Origin: Candidatus Dojkabacteria bacterium | GTDB taxonomy: Bacteria; Patescibacteriota; Dojkabacteria; JAOAGR01 | DNA: 64,000 bases | NCBI GenBank assembly: GCA_026415655.1 | Contig: JAOAGR010000008.1 | Location: forward strand, 551 to 64,550 | Direction: 5' to 3' | Shown: positions 9,066-18,008 of the stretch, one piece after another | How positions within the stretch are numbered: the stretch's first letter is position 1 | Layout of the letters: each line of letters begins with the position of its first letter | Notes under the pieces: generated by a model | The model's input: only the letters and a program-made list of their open reading frames with translations | The model's database searches: none | Told to the model about the DNA's origin: nothing | Position numbers and translations under genes: made by a program

Positions 9066-9836
9066 ATGGAGAAAGCAAAAGAATTTTTACTTCATCCGGT
9101 ATTTATCAGTATAATTGCATTATTCGTTATTGGAGTAATTTTATATTATTTAGTGATAAATGCACCTGAAGTACCTTCGGCAGAGAGAGTAATCCATTTC
9201 AAGGGTAAAGAAGACTCAAAAATAGTAATCACAGAATACACAGATTTTCAATGTCCTGCATGTAAAGATTTCTTTGCAACGAAGAAACAAATAATAGAAA
9301 AGTACGGTAATTACATTAAATTTGAAGTTAGGCATTTTCCTTTAAATACCATTCATCCAAATGCTCAAAGTGCTGCAGAAGCGGCTGAAGCAGCAGGTGC
9401 TCAAGGTAAGTTTTTTGAATATAGCGAGATACTTTTCGAAAGACAAGGTGAAAGTCAAAATTGGAATACAGAGAAGTTTGTTGAGTATGCACGTGAAGTA
9501 GGGGTAAACGATATAGACAGATTTAGAAAAGAACTAGTTAATAGGTATTACCAAAAAGCAGTTATTGAAAGTTTAAATGAGGCTCAATCTAAAGGATTTA
9601 CCGGTACTCCAACAGTATTGATAAATGGAAGAGTTTATGAGTTAAATGGTCGTCCATCAGTACCTTCTTATTCTGAACTCGAAAGTGAAATACTCAAGTT
9701 AGCAAAAGGGTATGGCATTGAAATAAAAACAGATGGTTCATCTCAAAATACAGGAAATAACAACATTAGTCCAACAGTTACAGAATCTACAGAACAGAAA
9801 ATAGAAAATAATCAGAATAATACTCAAACTGAATAA
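9066..9836 (+). CDS. DsbA-like thiol:disulfide oxidoreductase, membrane-anchored
   Basis: N-terminal TM helix. CxxC motif FQCPACKDF in a thioredoxin-like context. Q/N/T-rich C-terminal tail. Confidence 0.6.
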   Translation: MEKAKEFLLHPVFISIIALFVIGVILYYLVINAPEVPSAERVIHFKGKEDSKIVITEYTDFQCPACKDFFATKKQIIEKYGNYIKFEVRHFPLNTIHPNAQSAAEAAEAAGAQGKFFEYSEILFERQGESQNWNTEKFVEYAREVGVNDIDRFRKELVNRYYQKAVIESLNEAQSKGFTGTPTVLINGRVYELNGRPSVPSYSELESEILKLAKGYGIEIKTDGSSQNTGNNNISPTVTESTEQKIENNQNNTQTE

Positions 9837-9842
9837 TAAGCG

Positions 9843-10640
9843 ATGATCAAATTTGTTGGAATAAAAAAGGGAAATACATGGGATCTCATCTGGATACTTT
9901 TTCGTACTGAATTTAAACTCAAATATAATGATTCTTTTTTGGGCATTATATGGGTTATTTTAAAACCGTTTTTACTTTATTTAATATTGTACTTTGTATT
10001 AACTCAGGTTTTTATCAATCTGACGATAAAACATTTTGCAATATATCTTTTTATTGGACAAATGTTTGTAAACTTATGGAATGAAACTACTTCTAAAGGC
10101 ATGGAATCCTTTTTATCATATGCTCATCTTATTTCAAAGATAGTTTTTCCAAGATATGTAGTCCTAATATCTTCTACACTAATTGCTATAGTTAATTTTT
10201 TAATAAATTGCATAGTTTTATCTATATTTATTCTATTTAGCGAAATTAGACCATCCATTTTCGAAATATTCTGGTTTTTAATGTGTGCTATATTGCTTTA
10301 TTTCATTGGAATAATAATATCAATGTTTATCAGTATTATATATGTCAAATTCAGGGATCTAAAGCAAATATGGGAACTATTTAATACAATGATATTTTGG
10401 CTTACTCCTGGATTTTATCTACCAGCAAATCTAGCAGATAAAAATGGCCTTTTATATTACATAGTTGAGCATATTAATCCAGTTTCCATTTTATTAATTG
10501 GTGCACGTGATGGACTAATATATCAAAGTATAGGTAAATTAAATGAGATAGGGTTAATATTTATTGTTTTTTCTGTAATTGGGATTTTGGGATATGGATA
10601 TTATAGAAAAAACATAGCACGCATAGCAGAATCATTTTAA
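9843..10640 (+). CDS. ABC-2 type exporter permease (TagG/Wzm/KpsM-like)
   Basis: Six predicted TM helices. Same architecture as polysaccharide/teichoic-acid export permeases. Sits immediately upstream of a TagH/Wzt-like ATPase. Confidence 0.65.
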   Translation: MIKFVGIKKGNTWDLIWILFRTEFKLKYNDSFLGIIWVILKPFLLYLILYFVLTQVFINLTIKHFAIYLFIGQMFVNLWNETTSKGMESFLSYAHLISKIVFPRYVVLISSTLIAIVNFLINCIVLSIFILFSEIRPSIFEIFWFLMCAILLYFIGIIISMFISIIYVKFRDLKQIWELFNTMIFWLTPGFYLPANLADKNGLLYYIVEHINPVSILLIGARDGLIYQSIGKLNEIGLIFIVFSVIGILGYGYYRKNIARIAESF

Positions 10641-10643
10641 TTT

Positions 10644-11438
10644 ATGTTAAATAATGTAGTATTAAAAGTGAATAATGTAACAAAAAGATTTCTAAAATCA
10701 AAGTTAAAATATCAAACATTCCGCGAATATTTTTGGAATCTACCACATGAAATTTATGAAAGATTAAAAAGTATATTAAATATATCCAGTTCTTACCAAA
10801 CTAGAAATCAAAATACATTTACAGTATTAGAGGATATTTCATTTGAAGTTAAGAGAGGTGAGTTTGTCAGTATAATTGGAAAGAATGGTTCAGGGAAGAG
10901 TACTCTTCTAAAAATCCTTGCCGGTATTTATATCCCTGATGATGGCAATATCGAAGTGTATGGAAAAATCATACCATTTTTAGAATTAGGTGTGGGTTTT
11001 AATACTGAATTGACCGCAAAAGAAAATGTTTATCTCAACGGAATTGTTTTGGGACTGACAAGAAAGGAGGTAGACCAATTTTATGATCAAATAATAGATT
11101 TTGCAGAGGTGCGGGAATTCGAAAACATGAAACTTAAATATTTCTCTTCTGGTATGCAAGTACGCCTAGCATTTTCTGTTGCAATACATGCTCAAGGTGA
11201 TATTTATCTATTAGATGAGGTTTTTGCCGTAGGAGACATTAATTTTCAAAAAAAAGCGTTAGATGCAATACATCAGATCATCAAGTCAGGAAAAACAATC
11301 ATTTATGTTGGGCATGGTATGGATACTGTACGCAAATATTCATCAAATGTTATTTATTTAAAGGAAAAAAAGATAGCTGCAACCGGTATAAGTGCTATTG
11401 ATACATATGTTGCAGATCAATCGTCGTCAGGTAATTAG
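10644..11438 (+). CDS. ABC exporter ATP-binding protein (TagH/Wzt/KpsT-like)
   Basis: Walker A GKNGSGKSTLLK. LELGVGFNTELTAKENVYLNG is typical of TagH/RfbB. Signature YSSGMQVRLAFSVA, Walker B IYLLDEV. Confidence 0.75.
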   Translation: MLNNVVLKVNNVTKRFLKSKLKYQTFREYFWNLPHEIYERLKSILNISSSYQTRNQNTFTVLEDISFEVKRGEFVSIIGKNGSGKSTLLKILAGIYIPDDGNIEVYGKIIPFLELGVGFNTELTAKENVYLNGIVLGLTRKEVDQFYDQIIDFAEVREFENMKLKYFSSGMQVRLAFSVAIHAQGDIYLLDEVFAVGDINFQKKALDAIHQIIKSGKTIIYVGHGMDTVRKYSSNVIYLKEKKIAATGISAIDTYVADQSSSGN

Positions 11439-11536
11439 AAAACAATTTTTAATATTTAGATTTTATAATTCTTATCTTTTGTTATACCAATCGCAAAAAA
11501 CAAACAATTTGATTGATTTCACAACAAGAAATCAAA

Positions 11537-11995
11537 TTATTTTTTTTCAAACACTACATATTTATACATCAAAAAACTGAAAATCGTCTGAAAAAACATA
11601 ACTATAAACTTAGCCACAAATGCATGGTAAACCAGAGGATGAATGAAACCCACCATAAAGCCCTGAAAAACTATAATATTAAATACATGTGTGGCTAAAA
11701 ATTTTGAAAAATATTTTACGTTTTTAACTCTTTTTACTTCAAACACCCATATATTTTGTAATAAATAATTTACTAACACGGCTATCACTGCAGATATAAC
11801 ACTAGCAAGATATATATTCGTCGGATATAGAATCAAAGTAAAGTTATAAAAATGAAATAAAATGTGGTATAGGCCTGCGTCTATCAAAAAGGTAGATAAC
11901 CCAACAACTAAAAATCTATATATCTCTTTATTTTGAATTATTTTTTTAATTCTTTTTAAATTTTTATCGATAAAATCCACATGCAAATATATCAT
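11537..11995 (-). CDS. GtrA-like family membrane protein (polysaccharide-synthesis associated)
   Basis: 152 aa with 4 TM helices. YRFLVVGLSTFLIDAGLYHIL matches the GtrA-family N-terminal RFxxVGxxxxxxD/N motif. Confidence 0.55.
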   Translation of the reverse strand: MIYLHVDFIDKNLKRIKKIIQNKEIYRFLVVGLSTFLIDAGLYHILFHFYNFTLILYPTNIYLASVISAVIAVLVNYLLQNIWVFEVKRVKNVKYFSKFLATHVFNIIVFQGFMVGFIHPLVYHAFVAKFIVMFFQTIFSFLMYKYVVFEKK

Positions 11996-12014
11996 TATTT
12001 GATAAAATTTTTAA

Positions 12015-13685
12015 ATGCTTAATCTATTTATAGAGACCGTAAAAAAACTTGAGATTACAAGCTCAACAAAGGAAAAAACAGAAACTATAGCTAATGCATT
12101 AAAACAAATAAATATTGATGAAGAACTTTTACTTTTCTCTCGTTATTTATGTGGAATAATTTATCCGGCATATAGTCCTAAAAAAATTAATCTTGGCACA
12201 AAACTCATAGTACAAGCGATAATAAAAGCGTATAAACTCGATAAAGAGACATTTCAAGAGTTCTTTAAGGGATCAGAAGACATATCAGAATGCATATCAA
12301 AGATTTACACACAATACAAATCAAGTGTTCGCAAATCAATCATATTTTCGGATAGATCTATTCCCGAATCCCTAAAAGACATTCAAATTTTATTTGATGA
12401 TATAAGCAATATTTCAAGTAATATAAAAAAAGTAAACTATATTATTGATTTAATTTTCTGTCTACCACTAGACATTTTGCTTACTGTAATAAAAATTTTA
12501 ACGAACACTTTACGAGTAGGTATAAAAGAAGCAATAGTTGAAAAGGCTATATCAGTTGCGTTTAATAAAAATATACAAATTATTCGCAAAGCTATGTTTT
12601 ACACAGGTGATATAGGTGAGGTGGCTGTACACGCCAAGAATAATAAAATTGAATCAATAAAATTTAAACTATTCCATCCAATAAAAGTAATGTTAGCATC
12701 AAGTGAAGAAAATATTGATGAAATATTTGAAAGAATGGAAAAAGATATCTGGTGCGAATACAAATATGATGGTATAAGAGCTCATATACATAAGGAAGAC
12801 GACAGAGTGGAAATTTATACACGTGATCTCAAAAATATAACGGATCAATTTCCAGAAATTGTCTTTTTTTTAAAAAAAATAGAACAATCGGATTTTCTCC
12901 TAGATGGCGAAATCGTACCTTTTCAGAACAATAAAATTATGCAATTTTCTTTATTACAAAAAAGGCTAGGAAGAAAAGAAAAAATTGATATCGCAGCCAG
13001 AGAAAATCCATGTACATTTATAGCTTATGACATTATTTATGACGATGGTAAATTAGTTACCGATTTACCGTTACATAAACGAAGAGCATTGTTAGAAAAT
13101 AAATTTTCATCAAGCGGATTGTTATTTTCTAAATATAAGATAGTAAATACCAAAGAAGAGTTTATTGATTTTTTCAAAAAAAGTAAGGAGGAGGGTAGAG
13201 AAGGACTGATGATCAAAAAGATAGATTCAATTTACGAATCAGGCAAAAGAGGTATTAACTGGATCAAATACAAAGAAACTTTAGATCCTCTTGATGTAGT
13301 AATAGTCAAAGCAGAGCAGGGTGAAGGAAAAAACGCGAAGTATCTTAGTCAATACACATTCGCTGTATGGGATGAAAAAAAGCAAAATTTGTTAGAGATT
13401 GGAAAAGTTTATTCTGGAGCAACTGAAGAATTACTTGAAGAACTTACTAAAAAATTGCAAGAATACGCCGTCAAGGAATTAGAAAATGGTTATGAAGTTA
13501 AGCCAATTATTATCTTAGAGGTAGCTTTTGAGAATATTCAAATATCTAATAGATATAACGGAGGATATGCGGTTAGATTTCCTCGTATAATACGAGAAAG
13601 AACAGGAGACAAAAGCCTTGATGAAATAAACACAATTGAAGATGTAAAAAAATTATACTTAAAATTACAAAAAGAGGCTAACTAA
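12015..13685 (+). CDS. lig: ATP-dependent DNA ligase
   Basis: Adenylation motif I EYKYDGIRAHI (KxDGxR), motif III LLDGEIV, motif IV EGLMIKK. Followed by an OB-fold region. Confidence 0.85.
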   Translation: MLNLFIETVKKLEITSSTKEKTETIANALKQINIDEELLLFSRYLCGIIYPAYSPKKINLGTKLIVQAIIKAYKLDKETFQEFFKGSEDISECISKIYTQYKSSVRKSIIFSDRSIPESLKDIQILFDDISNISSNIKKVNYIIDLIFCLPLDILLTVIKILTNTLRVGIKEAIVEKAISVAFNKNIQIIRKAMFYTGDIGEVAVHAKNNKIESIKFKLFHPIKVMLASSEENIDEIFERMEKDIWCEYKYDGIRAHIHKEDDRVEIYTRDLKNITDQFPEIVFFLKKIEQSDFLLDGEIVPFQNNKIMQFSLLQKRLGRKEKIDIAARENPCTFIAYDIIYDDGKLVTDLPLHKRRALLENKFSSSGLLFSKYKIVNTKEEFIDFFKKSKEEGREGLMIKKIDSIYESGKRGINWIKYKETLDPLDVVIVKAEQGEGKNAKYLSQYTFAVWDEKKQNLLEIGKVYSGATEELLEELTKKLQEYAVKELENGYEVKPIIILEVAFENIQISNRYNGGYAVRFPRIIRERTGDKSLDEINTIEDVKKLYLKLQKEAN

Positions 13686-14229
13686 GACCTAGTCTTTTAT
13701 CTTCATGCATTGCTTTAATAAGATTCTCAGTATGCTCTACTATATCTAATCCTATTTCCTCTAATGCTTTGTATATATCATCTCTATTTACACCTCTAGC
13801 AAAAGCTTTATCTTTTAGTTTTTTCTTAACGCCTTCACCATCTACATCTAATAATTTATTTGGTTTCATTAAAGCATAAGCAACAATAAATCCGGATAGC
13901 TCATCACAAGCAAATAAATACTTGGCCATCAAAGTATTTCTAGGAGTATTTGTTCTTTCTGGATATGCATGCCCTAAAATCGCATCAATTATTTCTTCAG
14001 AGATATAATATTCTCTTAGTATATCAGGTATTTTGTTTGGATGTTCATCAGGATATTTTTCCCAGTCCAAATCATGCAAAAGTCCTGCTGTACCCCAATC
14101 TTCAATCTCTTTTTCGGACAAATTCAGTAACCTAGCATAATAACTCATACAACTTTCTACAGCAAAACAGTGTTTTTGTAAATTGGGATTAGAAATCCAC
14201 TTATTTAACAGATCATAATGTTTTGACAT
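13678..14229 (-). CDS. HD-domain phosphohydrolase
   Basis: H...HD signature (GLLHDLDWEK) with a downstream His/Asp (ILGHAYPE, FACDE). Confidence 0.6.
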   Translation of the reverse strand: MSKHYDLLNKWISNPNLQKHCFAVESCMSYYARLLNLSEKEIEDWGTAGLLHDLDWEKYPDEHPNKIPDILREYYISEEIIDAILGHAYPERTNTPRNTLMAKYLFACDELSGFIVAYALMKPNKLLDVDGEGVKKKLKDKAFARGVNRDDIYKALEEIGLDIVEHTENLIKAMHEDKRLGLS

Positions 14230-14239
14230 AACAAAATCA

Positions 14240-15064
14240 TTATTTATTCGAATCTGATTCCTCAGATATTAGATTTGATAGATCCAAAATTGTAGGCTGA
14301 TTGCCGAGCACCAATGGTAATTTGCCGTCCCATTTTTCTATAAACATTTTTTTAATTACTAATTCACTCAAATTAGATTTAATTATTTTTAATGCCTCTG
14401 CCTCTGCCGATACTATCTTCTGTTTTGCTTCAATCTCTATCCTTTTTAGATCATTTTCTGCTTTCAATGCACGCTGCTCGGCTAGCTGCTTTTCTTCTAT
14501 AGCTTGGGTAAATTCAGGAGAGAACTCAACGTTTACTATACTAACATCCTCTACTCTAATAAATAATGTTCCTAACTTTTGTTTGATTAGATTAACTAAT
14601 TCATCTCTCACTATCTCACGTTTAGTGATGATTTCTTCTGCGGTATATTTGGCTGTAGTGGCCTTGGTTGCCTCTTGCAAACGTGGAATAATTATTCTAT
14701 CAACATAATCTTCCTGCATGCCTAACTCTTGATATATTTTATCAACCATGTTCTCTTCAGTCCGATAATTTAAAGCAACAGTTACATCTACTTGTTGCAA
14801 GTCCTTTGAAGCTGCCGTTGCCAATATCTGTTGCTTACGCACTCGGGTCTCGAAAAAAATTGCTCTATCAATAAATGGTATCTTGAATCCCAATCCTTCA
14901 TCTCTAACTCCTGCAACACTACCATATCTCAAGATGACCGCCTTATATCCAGCATCTACTATTACTAGTGAAGATCTTATTGTGATTAAAAGAAAAATTA
15001 CCAATATTACGTAGACCCAGATTTTAGGGCTTGATATTAATTTAGTGAAATTTATTTTATCCAT
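14240..15064 (-). CDS. SPFH/band-7 (prohibitin/HflC-like) membrane protein
   Basis: N-terminal TM helix, then an SPFH core (VDAGYKAVILRYGSVAGV...GFKIPFIDRAIFFETR), then a coiled-coil C-terminus. Confidence 0.75.
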   Translation of the reverse strand: MDKINFTKLISSPKIWVYVILVIFLLITIRSSLVIVDAGYKAVILRYGSVAGVRDEGLGFKIPFIDRAIFFETRVRKQQILATAASKDLQQVDVTVALNYRTEENMVDKIYQELGMQEDYVDRIIIPRLQEATKATTAKYTAEEIITKREIVRDELVNLIKQKLGTLFIRVEDVSIVNVEFSPEFTQAIEEKQLAEQRALKAENDLKRIEIEAKQKIVSAEAEALKIIKSNLSELVIKKMFIEKWDGKLPLVLGNQPTILDLSNLISEESDSNK

Positions 15065-15225
15065 AACGCTAATATTTTAGCAAAACTTTTACAAATAAAA
15101 ATAAATTTTTAAAAATTTTATGTTCAATCTAATTTAATCATATTTATAATGCGCACAAAAAAGTCTAGTGAATAAGTCGGATTATTAAAAACTATAGGAA
15201 ATTAAAGCAAAATATACTGCAATAC

Positions 15226-15310
15226 TGGTGCCGAGGAGAGGACTCGAACCTCCACTCTGAAAAGAACATGGTCCTAAGCCATGTGCGTCTACCAGTTCCG
15301 CCACCTCGGC
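15226..15310 (-). tRNA. tRNA-Leu (anticodon UAG), type II with a long variable arm
   Basis: Reverse complement is GCCGAGG...anticodon loop CTTAGGA...long variable arm...TTCGAGT...CCTCGGCACCA. Confidence 0.8.
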
Positions 15311-15384
15311 TATACCTAAGTAATTCTAAAATAAAAAAGAAAGTTTTACAACAAAATGTAATCGTCATATACTATGATATTTGA

Positions 15385-15957
15385 ATGACAGAAAAAGAAA
15401 TACAAGAATTAGTACTCAAAGCTCAGCATGGTGACAAAGGTGCGCTAGAAAAAATTTATAGACATTATTTCAGGATTGTATACCAATATGTTTATTCAAA
15501 AATAAATCATTTACATGATACACAAGAAATAGTTTCAGATATATTTCTATCACTAATTACAAATCTTAAAAAATATAAGGGACAATCAAATTTTAAAAAT
15601 TTCATATTTGGAATAGTCAAAAATAAGTTAAATGATTATTTTCGTAGAAAATACAATTATGCAGATTATGTACAACAAAGTTATTTAGAAAACGACTTCT
15701 TTTACAACATAGCAGAACCTGAAGAAAAAGTATATTCAAGAAAAGAGAAACTTATGAAAATTGTAAAAAGGATACTATCTTTATTAAAGCCAAAATACGC
15801 AAAAGTATTAAAATTAAGATTTTTAGAAAACTATTCTGTCAAAGAAACAGCACAAACAATGGGTTTGTCTGTAAATAATGTGAAAGTATTGCAACATAGA
15901 GCAATACAAAAAGCACAACAAATTTGGCAATCAAAATATGAGGGCAAAATTGATTGA
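15385..15957 (+). CDS. RNA polymerase sigma-70 family factor (ECF-like)
   Basis: Region 2-like segment (IVYQYVYSKI...DIFLSLITNLKKY). Region 4 HTH LKLRFLENYSVKETAQTMGLSVNNVKVLQHRAIQK. Confidence 0.7.
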   Translation: MTEKEIQELVLKAQHGDKGALEKIYRHYFRIVYQYVYSKINHLHDTQEIVSDIFLSLITNLKKYKGQSNFKNFIFGIVKNKLNDYFRRKYNYADYVQQSYLENDFFYNIAEPEEKVYSRKEKLMKIVKRILSLLKPKYAKVLKLRFLENYSVKETAQTMGLSVNNVKVLQHRAIQKAQQIWQSKYEGKID

Positions 15958-16204
15958 ACCAAAGATCGACGATCCACAATACATAAAACAAGTGGAAGAT
16001 AATCTATGGAGAAAATGTTCTACTCTTTGCTCAGGCAATGGTTGGAGTTACACATCTTATTCCAAAAAGTTGTTTATTTTGGTCTTACTTCTAATAATTT
16101 TTAGTTTATACCTATACATTGCTATTAGCATACAAAGTACGCCACAACAATATCAAATAAATGAGATAGAATCGAAGTCAATAAAATTTTTAATTAACAA
16201 ATAA
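15938..16204 (+). CDS. Small membrane protein, candidate anti-sigma factor
   Basis: 88 aa with a central TM helix. It overlaps the sigma-factor stop. The call rests on context only. Confidence 0.35.
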   Translation: MRAKLIEPKIDDPQYIKQVEDNLWRKCSTLCSGNGWSYTSYSKKLFILVLLLIIFSLYLYIAISIQSTPQQYQINEIESKSIKFLINK

Positions 16205-16210
16205 AGAGAT

Positions 16211-16600
16211 ATGAGTGAAGCAAAGTACATTAAAATAAATGTAGTTTTTTTGGTTATTTTCTTTTTATTTTTATTATTCTTAACAACAAGTAATATATCT
16301 CACAGTAAATCATCGGCGTATGTTGAAACTCAGTATAGTACAATACTAGACGAAGTTAATGATTTAATTAGATATGTAGAGAACAAATACTTCAATTCAC
16401 AAAATAAATCCGAAGAAAAATATATTTATTCTGATTGTCTGATAAGGTTGAAAAAAATCAAGGAATTAATTATGTCTAAAAATTCCCATTTATCAAATCA
16501 AGATGAGAAGGTAATAAGGCATAAGATTATCTGTATTATAAATGAATTAAAGAATTTAGAAAGCTCTCATACCAAAACTTATATTTATACACAAATATAA
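16211..16600 (+). CDS. Hypothetical membrane-anchored protein
   Basis: 129 aa with an N-terminal TM helix. Co-directional with the sigma factor. Confidence 0.35.
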   Translation: MSEAKYIKINVVFLVIFFLFLLFLTTSNISHSKSSAYVETQYSTILDEVNDLIRYVENKYFNSQNKSEEKYIYSDCLIRLKKIKELIMSKNSHLSNQDEKVIRHKIICIINELKNLESSHTKTYIYTQI

Positions 16601-16638
16601 ATTTTCCTAATCTTATTTGTAAATTTATTAATTTATAC

Positions 16639-16737
16639 TGAGTTCATGAAATAGAGAAACTGAAATTCTTTAGCTATACTGATAACAGTTGGCATTAATC
16701 TATTTATTAAAGTATAAACTATGAGATTCATGAAATA
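16639..16737. promoter_or_regulatory. Two direct copies of TGAG(A)TTCATGAAATA, each with a palindromic TTCATGAA core, upstream of mraY
   Basis: Copy 1 at 16639-16653 and copy 2 at 16722-16737, separated by about 70 nt. A TATAAT sits at 16743-16748, just before the mraY ATG at 16755. Confidence 0.35.
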
Positions 16738-16754
16738 ATCAGTATAATCTTTTC

Positions 16755-18002
16755 ATGGAAAATATTAAAAATATTTTTGCAGCTATACCTGGAGGCGATA
16801 TTGTATCTATATCTATACTTTATTTTCTAGGATCATCTATTTTTGCTTTTTTAATATCTCCATTGATTATTCATATTTTGTATAAACTAAATATACGACG
16901 CAAATCAAAGGGCGATATAATAGGGAAAAAAGATGAAACACAAAATAAAGTTGGAACACCTATAATGGGAGGACTAATAGTTGTTATAACTGTTGTTGTA
17001 ATAACATTTATTTTCAACTGGGAGAGGAGTATGACATACATTCCCATAGGTGCATTTTTACTAGCTGCATGCTTGGGTGGCATTGATGATATATTAAACA
17101 TATTTGGAAACATTAGAAACAAACCACGATCAATAAAAGTCCATATTAATCTAATCAAACATCATGCAAATAAAACAAAACGATTTTATTATCTTTTAAC
17201 CTTACCTATTGCTATCATCAAACGTTTTCTATTTTTACTTGGATCCAAACCTAACTCTGGATTACATGTATACGAAAAAATATTTATTCAGACAATTATT
17301 GGTCTCGTTGTAGGTTCATGGATATATTTTGTAAATAAATGGGACTTTATTTGGTTACCTTATATTTTAAATATTGACATAATAAGGAATACCCTAGACC
17401 TAATACCAGGAATCAAAGTAAATCAATTTGGAGATGCTTATACTAGTATTAGTGTCGGCTGGCTGATTATTCCATTTGTAACACTTGTAATTATTACAAT
17501 ATCTAATGCAGTCAATTTTGCTGACGGCATGGATGGACTTGCATCAGGTCTTCTAATCCAAAATTTTATCGGACTTGGAATAATCGCATTCAGTTTAGCA
17601 GTCTACAATACTGAATTATACGAATTTAGACATTTATCATATCTAGCTTTTACGGTAGCAGGGGCGTTAGTTGCATATCAATACTTCAATATAAAACCCG
17701 CACGTATTCAACTAGGCGACATAGGTAGTCTAGCACTTGGTACACTACTTGCTGTCATGGCTATAGTAATGAAAAGAGAATTTGCGTTGTTTTTTATAGC
17801 TTTTGTTATACTTTTTGATGGAATACTTAGTCGTATTATCAACACGATATATAGAATATTTAAGGGAAGACGTCTATTTTATGTCATTCCATTTCATTAT
17901 CATCTGGAATTTATGGGCTGGTCCGAAGAAAAAGTAGTTATGCGAATGTGGACGATAAATATGATCTTTGTCGCTTTCGGTGTATGGTTGGCTGGTATAT
18001 AG
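16755..18002 (+). CDS. mraY: Phospho-N-acetylmuramoyl-pentapeptide transferase MraY
   Basis: NAVNFADGMDGLASG (MraY/WecA motif) and the C-terminal PFHYHLEFMGWSEEKVV (MraY HHH motif APIHHHFELKGW). The protein carries insertions relative to the 360-aa core. Confidence 0.75.
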   Translation: MENIKNIFAAIPGGDIVSISILYFLGSSIFAFLISPLIIHILYKLNIRRKSKGDIIGKKDETQNKVGTPIMGGLIVVITVVVITFIFNWERSMTYIPIGAFLLAACLGGIDDILNIFGNIRNKPRSIKVHINLIKHHANKTKRFYYLLTLPIAIIKRFLFLLGSKPNSGLHVYEKIFIQTIIGLVVGSWIYFVNKWDFIWLPYILNIDIIRNTLDLIPGIKVNQFGDAYTSISVGWLIIPFVTLVIITISNAVNFADGMDGLASGLLIQNFIGLGIIAFSLAVYNTELYEFRHLSYLAFTVAGALVAYQYFNIKPARIQLGDIGSLALGTLLAVMAIVMKREFALFFIAFVILFDGILSRIINTIYRIFKGRRLFYVIPFHYHLEFMGWSEEKVVMRMWTINMIFVAFGVWLAGI

Positions 18003-18008
18003 CAAGGG

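Noticed and set aside
14301-14708. 135-aa ORF antisense to the SPFH gene. The same pattern recurs at 20246..20578 antisense to rpmA, and at 40405..44275 and 16871..17158 inside other genes.
   Set aside because: These ORFs are embedded in the opposite strand of confidently identified genes, have low-complexity translations, and show no motifs. They are typical of spurious ORFs in AT-rich DNA.
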